Shown here: in pieces, positions 25,631-32,062 of the stretch
How the letters are laid out: every line of letters starts with the position of its first letter
How positions within the stretch are numbered: the stretch's first letter is position 1
Source of the DNA: Deltaproteobacteria bacterium
GTDB lineage: Bacteria; Desulfobacterota; Desulfofervidia; Desulfofervidales; DG-60
Assembly: GCA_021163945.1 (NCBI GenBank)
Contig: JAGGTC010000162.1
Span: 1 to 32,062 of the forward strand
Length of the DNA stretch: 32,062 nt
Direction: 5' to 3'
Position numbers and translations under genes: made by a program
The notes under the pieces: model-generated
What the model saw: the letters and a program-made list of their open reading frames with translations, nothing else
Told to the model about the DNA's origin: nothing
Database searches by the model: none

Positions 25631-26452
25631 CTAGAGGCCCAAGATATTTTTTAGCTGTTTTAGGCGACGGCGGCTGACAGGGATCTCCATTTTGTGTTTA
25701 CCCTTTGTCCTCAAATAACAGTTTTGACCAGGCATAGTGGCAATCTCTATAACCTGATTTAAATTTACCAAATACTTTCGATGGACACGAAAGAAACCGC
25801 TATCTTTAAATCTTTCTTCTAACTTTTTTAGGCTATATGAAGTGAAGATCTTTTCTTCTGCGGTATAAATGTAGGTATAATCTCCCCAGGCCTCGGCAAA
25901 GATAATCTCTGAAAATGGTATTAGTATATGTTTACCACTCTTTTCTATAGGGAGTTTTTGGAATGGAGGTAGCCTCCCTTCACGCCAGGACCTCTCTATG
26001 GCCTCAAAGAGTTGGACCTCATCAAAGGCATTTGAGGGGATGGAAATTACAGTAGCAGCGCCTTTCCGTTTGATAGTATATGGTGCTGGTCTTAAGTGCT
26101 TGGCCTTCTCAATGGCCTTGGTCAGCTTTTCCTCATCTATAGGTTTTGAGATAAAATCAATCGCGTCTAATTCATAGGCTGCAGGGGAAATCTTTCCTCC
26201 ATCTGCTAAGGCAATCACCATAGGGGGGGTATTTATCCTTTTTAATTTTTTTATTAAAGAACTTAGACTTTCATCCTCAAGGTCTGTATATAGCAATAAT
26301 AGGTCATAAGGGACAAAGTGGATAAGCTGCAATGCCTCTTTTATGGATGGGGCCTCGCCTACTACCTCAATTTGACCAATTTTTTTTAGAATTTCTCTTA
26401 ATTTTAAACGTTCCTTAGAGTCTGGGTCTATAATAAGTGTCCTTAAGACCAT
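25631..26452 (-). CDS. LytTR-family response regulator with an atypical receiver
   Basis: An N-terminal CheY-like fold (K103-P104 present) is followed by a C-terminal LytTR domain (IIFAEAWGDYTYIYT...FFRVHRKYLVNL). No histidine kinase gene is adjacent. Confidence 0.85.
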   Translation of the reverse strand: MVLRTLIIDPDSKERLKLREILKKIGQIEVVGEAPSIKEALQLIHFVPYDLLLLYTDLEDESLSSLIKKLKRINTPPMVIALADGGKISPAAYELDAIDFISKPIDEEKLTKAIEKAKHLRPAPYTIKRKGAATVISIPSNAFDEVQLFEAIERSWREGRLPPFQKLPIEKSGKHILIPFSEIIFAEAWGDYTYIYTAEEKIFTSYSLKKLEERFKDSGFFRVHRKYLVNLNQVIEIATMPGQNCYLRTKGKHKMEIPVSRRRLKQLKNILGL

Positions 26453-26457
26453 ACCTT

Positions 26458-26486
26458 AGTGTAAAAAGATTTGACGAAAATGTCAA
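26458..26486 (-). promoter_or_regulatory. promoter for the LytTR regulator (leaderless geometry)
   Basis: On the minus strand: TTGACA (26486-26481), 17-nt spacer, TACACT (26463-26458), 5 nt, then the ATG at 26452. Confidence 0.4.
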
Positions 26487-26499
26487 AATATTAGATATT
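26471..26499 (+). promoter_or_regulatory. promoter for radA (leaderless geometry)
   Basis: TTGACG (26471-26476), 17-nt spacer, GATATT (26494-26499), 8 nt, then the ATG at 26508. There is no SD. Confidence 0.45.
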
Positions 26500-26507
26500 G
26501 AAAATAG

Positions 26508-27851
26508 ATGAAACAGCAAAGGGCAAGATATGTATGCCAGAGTTGTGGCTATCAATCGGCCAAGTGGCTGGGGAGGTGTCCGGAGTGTGGGGAGTGGAAT
26601 AGTATGGTAGAAGAATTGGTTACTCCTGTATCAAAATTGGATTTGCCAGAAAGCCCCCCTATTCCTATAGATGCTATTGAGACAAGGGATCTACCTCGTC
26701 TTAAGACAGGCCTGTCTGAACTAGACCGGGTATTAGGTGGTGGTATTGTACCTGGTTCTGCTATATTAATAGGCGGTGCACCTGGTATTGGGAAATCTAC
26801 ATTAATGATGCAGACCTTAAGCTATCTAAGTGGGCAAAAAGTCCCAACACTATATGTCTCTGGCGAGGAATCTGCAGAACAGATAAAATTGAGGGCAAAC
26901 AGGCTTGGCATTAGCTCGCCCTTTCTCTATATCCTTACAGAAAATGCCTTAGAGGCAATCTTAAGGGGGATAGAAAAGGCAAGGCCAAAGGTAGTTGTAG
27001 TTGATTCTATTCAAACTTTGTATACAGGAGAAATCCCTTCTGCCCCGGGTAGTGTCTCTCAGGTGCGGGAGACTGCAGGGAGGCTAGTGCATTTAGCAAA
27101 GAGGGAAAATCTTGCAATATTCATTATTGGTCACCTGACAAAGGAGGGGGCCATTGCTGGACCGCGGCTATTGGAGCATATAGTAGATACAGTCCTTTAC
27201 TTTGAGGGGGAGAAGGGGCACAACCATCGTATATTACGTGCAATAAAAAATCGCTTTGGCTCTACTAATGAGATAGGGGTATTTGAGATGCAGGAGAGGG
27301 GGCTAGCAGAGGTAAGCAATCCCTCACAGGTATTTCTGGCAGAGAGGCCAACCAATGTACCTGGTTCAGTAGTGATATCCACACTAGAGGGAACACGACC
27401 TATTTTGGTAGAACTTCAGGCCTTGGTGACACCAAGCTCACTGGCCCTGCCACGTCGGACAAGTATTGGTATAGACCCATATCGTTTGGCGCTCTTGGTG
27501 GCAATCCTAGAAAAGAGGGTAGGGCTTAATCTAGGACATCAGGATATCTTTTTTAATGTAGCTGGTGGGATAAGGGTAGATGAACCAGGTGCTGACTTGG
27601 GAATCATAGTTGCTATTGCCTCTAGCCTTTTAAATAAGGCCGTCCCTTTTAAGTGCATACTCCTGGGTGAGGTTGGGTTAACAGGGGAGGTAAGGAGCAT
27701 TAATCAGCCAGAGATCAGGCTCATTGAGGCCAAAAAGATGGGCTTTGATAAGGCAATTTTACCAAAAAATAATATAAGGCACATCAAATATAAAGACTTA
27801 GAGATCATAGGGGTAAAGGTAATAAAGGAGGCATTTCAGTACTTATTTTAA
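26508..27851 (+). CDS. radA: DNA repair protein RadA/Sms
   Basis: The product has an N-terminal zinc finger (CQSCGYQSAKWLGRCPECGEW), Walker A GAPGIGKST, the KNRFG motif and a Lon-protease-like C-terminal domain. Confidence 0.95.
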   Translation: MKQQRARYVCQSCGYQSAKWLGRCPECGEWNSMVEELVTPVSKLDLPESPPIPIDAIETRDLPRLKTGLSELDRVLGGGIVPGSAILIGGAPGIGKSTLMMQTLSYLSGQKVPTLYVSGEESAEQIKLRANRLGISSPFLYILTENALEAILRGIEKARPKVVVVDSIQTLYTGEIPSAPGSVSQVRETAGRLVHLAKRENLAIFIIGHLTKEGAIAGPRLLEHIVDTVLYFEGEKGHNHRILRAIKNRFGSTNEIGVFEMQERGLAEVSNPSQVFLAERPTNVPGSVVISTLEGTRPILVELQALVTPSSLALPRRTSIGIDPYRLALLVAILEKRVGLNLGHQDIFFNVAGGIRVDEPGADLGIIVAIASSLLNKAVPFKCILLGEVGLTGEVRSINQPEIRLIEAKKMGFDKAILPKNNIRHIKYKDLEIIGVKVIKEAFQYLF

Positions 27852-27853
27852 CT

Positions 27854-28261
27854 CTATTTAGAGGCCTTGGCAGCTAAGTTGCGTTCAATCGCCCTCTCTA
27901 TAAAGTCTGCGGCCTCTTGGCTTCCAAGCAGACCTACCCTAATCTTTACCCGTGTTATACCAGAGGGCCTCCTTTTTAGTTTTATAACTACCTTGGTACC
28001 ATCTGCCCTGCGGGCATCAATTCTGGCACCTAATTGATCCTTTTCGCTTTTTTCTATTGCTATTTCTAAGTCTCTTAATGCCTTATTGGTGGCCTCCCAT
28101 ACCATCTCATAGGGTTTGGTATAGTTTACCTCTAGTTCACCTTTAATAAAGCGATAACTGACTGCCCCTGCCCCAGCACCTGCGCCACCTGCTATAAGTA
28201 TCCCACACCCTGTAAGAGAAAATAGAAAGACAATTACAACTGCTAACTTTGCATACCTCAT
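27854..28261 (-). CDS. lipoprotein (DUF3568-like)
   Basis: MRYAKLAVVIVFLFSLTGC carries a lipobox (LTGC). A GGAG SD lies 9 nt upstream of the ATG at 28261. The ORF-track extension to 28324 overlaps the J-protein gene and is not needed. Confidence 0.6.
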   Translation of the reverse strand: MRYAKLAVVIVFLFSLTGCGILIAGGAGAGAGAVSYRFIKGELEVNYTKPYEMVWEATNKALRDLEIAIEKSEKDQLGARIDARRADGTKVVIKLKRRPSGITRVKIRVGLLGSQEAADFIERAIERNLAAKASK

Positions 28262-28313
28262 TTCTTTTTCTCCTTTTTTGAATTGAAAGAGTTTAACAAA
28301 TTTTTCATCTGTG

Positions 28314-29249
28314 TCAACAACCAAGGCGGGCCAATTCTTTAATTAATCTCTGTTGTTCATGGGTCAGGTATTTTGGGACCTGGATGATAATGCGTACATA
28401 TAAATCACCCCGGCCTGATGCATTTAACCTTGGCATCCCATATCCCCTTAATCTAAATTTTGTATTTGACTGTGTGCCAGGTGGTATCTTTAAAATCAAA
28501 TTTTTTCCATCCAAAGTAGGCACCTCCACCTCTGACCCTAGAGTTGCCTGGGAGAAGGTAATTTTTTTATCCAGATATAAATCATCGCCCTCCCTTTTAA
28601 ATAAGGGGTGCTCCAAGACCTTGATCTTTATATAAAGGTCCCCTGGAATGCCCATAGGCCCTACCTCACCCTTAGAGGCCAGCCTTAGTTTTTTCCCTGT
28701 ATCAATACCTGGGGGGATCTTTACAGTTATATTCTCTACCTTCCCACCCCTCATGTAGGAAATGGCCTTTTCTGTACCCCTCATGGCCTCCTCTAGGGTG
28801 ATGGCCAACTCGTAAATCAAGTCTGGCCCCTTTGTTGGGACCTGTTCGCACCTCTTCCTATAAAATGGCTCGGTATAATTATGGTATTGAAAGAAATCAC
28901 CAAAACCCCATTTGCTCTTTTTTCTACCACCAAAGATATAGGAAAACAGACCTTCTGTATCGAATCCTAGGTCTTTAAGGATGTCTCCAATATCAAAGTC
29001 TCTAAAGATATCTTCTGTGCTATATTTCTGATGGAAGGCCGAGCCTAGGAGGTCGTATTGTTTCCTCTTCTCAGGATCACTCAAAACTGCATATGCCTCA
29101 TTAATCTCTTTAAATTTTTCCTCTGCCTCCTTAGTCTTGTTCCTATCAGGGTGGTACTTAAGCACAAGTTGACGGTATGCCCTTTTTATCTCATCTTGAG
29201 TGGCATTTCTTGGTACACCCAAAATTTGGTAATAATCTTTGGCCTGCAT
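28314..29249 (-). CDS. cbpA: J-domain co-chaperone, CbpA-like (no zinc-finger domain)
   Basis: The J domain reads DYYQILGV...YHPDRNK. There is no CxxCxGxG repeat. Two C-terminal DnaJ_C beta domains are present and the product is 311 aa. Confidence 0.85.
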   Translation of the reverse strand: MQAKDYYQILGVPRNATQDEIKRAYRQLVLKYHPDRNKTKEAEEKFKEINEAYAVLSDPEKRKQYDLLGSAFHQKYSTEDIFRDFDIGDILKDLGFDTEGLFSYIFGGRKKSKWGFGDFFQYHNYTEPFYRKRCEQVPTKGPDLIYELAITLEEAMRGTEKAISYMRGGKVENITVKIPPGIDTGKKLRLASKGEVGPMGIPGDLYIKIKVLEHPLFKREGDDLYLDKKITFSQATLGSEVEVPTLDGKNLILKIPPGTQSNTKFRLRGYGMPRLNASGRGDLYVRIIIQVPKYLTHEQQRLIKELARLGC

Positions 29250-29258
29250 CCTGCTTTA

Positions 29259-29287
29259 AGAGTAACCACTTAATATATGGGTGTCAA
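29259..29287 (-). promoter_or_regulatory. promoter for the cbpA-like gene
   Basis: On the minus strand: TTGACA (29287-29282), 17-nt spacer, TACTCT (29264-29259), 9 nt, then the ATG at 29249. No CIRCE element is present. Confidence 0.4.
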
Positions 29288-29309
29288 GAAATTAACTTAA
29301 ATAGACCTA

Positions 29310-29338
29310 TTGCATATTTTCTTATCTAATGGTATTTT
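29310..29338 (+). promoter_or_regulatory. promoter for the 262-aa hypothetical gene (leaderless geometry)
   Basis: TTGCAT (29310-29315), 17-nt spacer, TATTTT (29333-29338), 6 nt, then the ATG at 29345. There is no SD. Confidence 0.4.
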
Positions 29339-29344
29339 TAAAAA

Positions 29345-30133
29345 ATGGGTTTAAAGGAACAGCTTAGAGAGAAGATAGGTATAGATAGGCTTTATAATTC
29401 TATATTAGAAAAGATAAAAAAGTATGGGGGAAAGATAAGGCCAGCTGAGGATCTCATCAAAGACCTCTTAAAAAAGGCAGATTATAAGGGAAGGGAGGTC
29501 AGGGACCTTAAAATCTATACCTGTAATGACGATATCCTGGTATTGGATAACGAATTACCCATTTACCGTCATACCTCAGTGGAAGATATTGCCATGCGGA
29601 AAAGCCCAACCCTAAAGGAAATGCTGAGCCTAAGGAATATAAAAAGGATCCTGACAGATAGTGATATTGTCTTTAAGAAGGGTCTTGATTCGCTTAGTTA
29701 TCTTTATAATAAGGCCCTATCACATTTGGACCTAAGGGGGACCCCTTCAGATATAAAACAAATCATTGAGGGTGGTATCTTGGCATATCGTCAGGATGAG
29801 CCATTACAGATGTGGGAAACTGTTGAATTGATCTTTGAGATCCTAACCTATAAGGAGGTAGGGGCAGAGCTGAGGTTCTCGCCTTATCTCATCTATGGCA
29901 TTCCAGAGCCAGACAATGGAAAGAAAAGGTATCGTGATTTGGTTATTATTACCCCTGATTATAGAGAGATAAAATTGCTCAAAGGGAGCTTCTTGGCAAC
30001 CGAGATGGATACCATCTCCCGAGTTACTCAGGTTGCCCTCGGTAAGGAAAAGGCAGATATAGAAGGTGTAAATGTCTTTGTCTATTGGGGAGAGCAGGCC
30101 CTCAACTCTCCATTTTGTGTTGACAATCTATAA
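29345..30133 (+). CDS. hypothetical protein, no family recognised by eye
   Basis: This is a 262-aa ORF with coding-like composition and its own promoter. The C-terminal half carries a PD-(D/E)xK-like arrangement: E158/E161, D198-LVII, E208-I-K210. Confidence 0.6.
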   Translation: MGLKEQLREKIGIDRLYNSILEKIKKYGGKIRPAEDLIKDLLKKADYKGREVRDLKIYTCNDDILVLDNELPIYRHTSVEDIAMRKSPTLKEMLSLRNIKRILTDSDIVFKKGLDSLSYLYNKALSHLDLRGTPSDIKQIIEGGILAYRQDEPLQMWETVELIFEILTYKEVGAELRFSPYLIYGIPEPDNGKKRYRDLVIITPDYREIKLLKGSFLATEMDTISRVTQVALGKEKADIEGVNVFVYWGEQALNSPFCVDNL

Positions 30134-30148
30134 AAAATAAATTAAAAT
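30120..30148 (+). promoter_or_regulatory. promoter for the DtxR-family repressor
   Basis: TTGACA (30120-30125), 17-nt spacer, TAAAAT (30143-30148). A ~30-nt leader with a GAGG SD precedes the ATG at 30181. Confidence 0.5.
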
Positions 30149-30180
30149 TTAGAAAGAATAAACATATTTAGAGGTAAAAA

Positions 30181-30879
30181 ATGGCTTTAACAGAGAGTGC
30201 AGAGGATTATTTAGAGGCCATTTATGTAATTAGCCAGAGGTCAAAGGTAGTGCGGGTAAAGGATGTAGCAAAGCAGCTAAAGGTAAAGATGTCTTCAGTA
30301 GTAGTAGCCCTAAAGGCCTTGGCCCAAAAGGGCCTAATAGAACACGAATATTATGGCTATATAGAACTGACAGAGGAAGGAAGAAAGATAGCTGAAGAGA
30401 TTTACAGTCGCCATAAATCGCTATTTAAATTCTTACATCAAACCTTGGGCCTGGAGGAGGAGGTTGCTGCAAGGGATGCCTGTCGTATTGAACACTATGT
30501 CTCCCCTGAGACAATGAATCGCATTGTGAAATTTACTGAGTTTATTGAAACGTGCCCAGAAGGGGCACCTAGCTGGCTCACAAATTTTTACTACTTTGTT
30601 CAATATGGAAAAAGAGGCCCCTGCCCTAAGAAGATAAAGGGAGATTCTGAAGAGATCTTTCCATTAAACAAACTTCAAGCTGGTCAAATGGGAGAGGTCA
30701 TAAAACTTATAGGAGACTCTAGTCTTAAACAACGTCTATTAAAGTCTGGTATTGTACCCGGAGAGGTACTTAAGGTGATGGCACCTGCTGGTGAGGCAGT
30801 AGAGATTGCTATTCAGGACACACAATTGTCTCTAAATCAGGAAGAGGCCGCCAATATACTGGTAAAGGAAGTAGTATAA
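30181..30879 (+). CDS. DtxR/MntR-family metal-dependent repressor with a C-terminal FeoA (SH3-like) domain
   Basis: The N-terminal wHTH (SAEDYLEAIY) is followed by a dimerisation/metal-binding domain and a C-terminal FeoA-like segment (LQAGQMGEVIKL...GIVPGEVLKV). Confidence 0.85.
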   Translation: MALTESAEDYLEAIYVISQRSKVVRVKDVAKQLKVKMSSVVVALKALAQKGLIEHEYYGYIELTEEGRKIAEEIYSRHKSLFKFLHQTLGLEEEVAARDACRIEHYVSPETMNRIVKFTEFIETCPEGAPSWLTNFYYFVQYGKRGPCPKKIKGDSEEIFPLNKLQAGQMGEVIKLIGDSSLKQRLLKSGIVPGEVLKVMAPAGEAVEIAIQDTQLSLNQEEAANILVKEVV

Positions 30880-30881
30880 GT

Positions 30882-31697
30882 TCATTCTAATAAGGGAAGA
30901 AGATCGATCAAGGCCTTATTCCACCCTGCAGAGGCAATACCTGCCTTTATAAAGTGGGGCCTTAAGATGTTATTGTAGACACCATGTGGGTTCTTTAAGA
31001 GGATGGGATAATCTACCCTTTCAAGCATAGGGATGTCATTAGGCCCATTTCCTAGGGCTATAGTAATAATGTGAGAAAATTCCTTTTTGTATAGCCTTGT
31101 TAGTATTTTTATTGCCTTTCCTTTATCATTTTTACCCATTAAATGATAGAATCCCTCTTTAGTACAAATACAATTTAGCCCCATTTCTTTTATTGCCTTT
31201 AAAAGAGATTCTTCATCCCCCTCAAATAAAAATGGTTCATCAAAATCCCGAAGTTTTGCCAATCTTGCCTCCTCTAGACCAAGGCCTGTGATCTGAGCTA
31301 CCTCCTTGACAGTCATGTCCCCAAAGCCCTTTATTTTAAAGCCCCTATCTTGCAGTAAATCAATAGCATCTCTTAGAATAGAATAGGCCACTCCAAGAGA
31401 GATTATAAAGTACTTATGGTCTTCTCTTATAGGATAGCCTAAATGGGCAAGATTGAATCTAAAATAGCCCTTGGGTATGAATATCCCTCCCCCATTTTCA
31501 GAGATAAATGGGTGTTGATTGTCAAGCCTCTTTTGGTAATGTTCAATTTCAACCCTAGTTTTGCTTGAACAGAGAATAAGTGGTATTTTTCTTTGTTTCA
31601 GAAGCCTTATGGCAGGTAATGCCTTTTCAAAACTGTAGGTATGATAATCAAGTAAAGTACCATCAAGGTCAGTAAAGACTATAATCTTCCTTTTCAC
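30882..31697 (-). CDS. HAD-IIB phosphatase, mannosyl-3-phosphoglycerate phosphatase (MpgP/YedP)-like
   Basis: HAD motif I is FTDLDGTLL, motif II is CSSKT and motif IV is GNGPNDIPML. The product is 271 aa. The GTG start overlaps the upstream receiver-gene stop (GTGA). Confidence 0.75.
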   Translation of the reverse strand: MKRKIIVFTDLDGTLLDYHTYSFEKALPAIRLLKQRKIPLILCSSKTRVEIEHYQKRLDNQHPFISENGGGIFIPKGYFRFNLAHLGYPIREDHKYFIISLGVAYSILRDAIDLLQDRGFKIKGFGDMTVKEVAQITGLGLEEARLAKLRDFDEPFLFEGDEESLLKAIKEMGLNCICTKEGFYHLMGKNDKGKAIKILTRLYKKEFSHIITIALGNGPNDIPMLERVDYPILLKNPHGVYNNILRPHFIKAGIASAGWNKALIDLLPLLE

Positions 31698-32062
31698 TTA
31701 TACTGATGGGTAGATAGGGGTTTCTTTACAAGACACCCCTCTATTGCCATCCTTAGTTCTTTTAAATCTATAGGCTTTTCTATATATGCATCAGCACCTG
31801 CGGCCTCAAATTCCTCTTTAAGGTGCGAACCACTCAAACCAACAACATAAATATCGGCATACCTTTCCTTTATAGCCCTTGTCAGGTCAGGCCCGCTCAT
31901 CTTGGTCATCTCTCCATCAGTAACTACAACATCATAGTGGTCATTTTGTAGCATCCTCAGTGCATCAAGGCCATTCTTAGCACTGTTTACCTCCCAACAA
32001 AATAGTGTCATAACCTCTCTCAAATAATCCCTAACAAACTCTTCATCATCTACTACTAGTAC
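31694..32062 (-). CDS. single-domain response regulator receiver (5' end runs off the window)
   Basis: The frame stays open to the window edge and reads VLVVDDEEFVRDYLREVM..., so the acidic pocket DD lies upstream of the ORF-track Met. The canonical acceptor is DVVVTDGEM, with LSGS and YIEKP also present. Confidence 0.8.
   Translation of the reverse strand, partial: VLVVDDEEFVRDYLREVMTLFCWEVNSAKNGLDALRMLQNDHYDVVVTDGEMTKMSGPDLTRAIKERYADIYVVGLSGSHLKEEFEAAGADAYIEKPIDLKELRMAIEGCLVKKPLSTHQYK

Noticed and set aside
28262-28324. The ORF-track 5' extension of the lipoprotein gene, which overlaps the cbpA-like gene.
   Set aside because: The internal ATG at 28261 has a GGAG SD and starts a textbook lipoprotein signal peptide with a lipobox. 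The extension would bury the signal peptide.
29250-29344. I looked for a CIRCE/HrcA operator or a sigma32-type promoter upstream of the J-protein gene.
   Set aside because: No TTAGCACTC-N9-GAGTGCTAA-like inverted repeat is present. Only a housekeeping-type TTGACA-17-TACTCT promoter and a weak TTAAG...CTTAA repeat are seen.

Overview
This is a compact chromosomal window, roughly 95% coding, from a diderm (outer-membrane-bearing) bacterium. AGR/GGG-rich codon usage, LpxI, an MpgP-like phosphatase and a ChuW/HemN-type radical SAM gene suggest a thermophilic anaerobe, but that is inference only. All calls come from reading the sequence and ORF track by eye; no database search was possible.

Gene content, left to right:
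- aroC on the minus strand.
- A long plus-strand array from 1.2 to 13.5 kb: DRG-like TGS GTPase, pgeF/yfiH, PolB-exo-like DEDDy exonuclease, lysS, lolC/E, lolD, bamA, skp, lpxD, fabZ, lpxA, lpxI.
- A ~0.7 kb scar of an integrated element (small transmembrane (TM) ORF plus the 3' fragment of a tyrosine integrase) abutting a tRNA-Gln(CUG)/tRNA-Glu(CUC) pair.
- An orphan pilC overlapping a GlcF-like Fe-S protein.
- A minus-strand operon: exported DJ-1/PfpI, purA, small exported protein.
- A radical SAM (ChuW/HutW/HemN family) plus HemG-type flavodoxin pair.
- CBS-ACT protein, class II aldolase-like protein, small CDP-alcohol phosphotransferase.
- pepP, NAD(P)-binding protein, purC.
- An orphan LytTR regulator, then radA.
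- A CbpA-like J protein plus a lipoprotein.
- An unrecognisable 262-aa ORF.
- A DtxR/FeoA repressor.
- A receiver domain plus an MpgP-like phosphatase.

I saw no CRISPR array, no rRNA, no intact mobile element and no recognisable complete defence system.

The most interesting observations are:
1. A recurrent TTGACA-17-TAnnnT promoter grammar placed 5-10 nt from start codons with no Shine-Dalgarno, i.e. leaderless or near-leaderless genes, arranged as back-to-back or interlocked divergent promoters.
2. The radical SAM plus HemG-like flavodoxin module, whose role (heme synthesis versus anaerobic heme degradation) is ambiguous.
3. A ~125-aa extra N-terminal domain and a Cys4 loop insertion in BamA.
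4. A DRG-like GTPase whose G3 motif reads DTPP.
5. pilC coupled to an Fe-S/CCG protein.
6. The uncharacterised 262-aa ORF, which has a PD-(D/E)xK-like motif.
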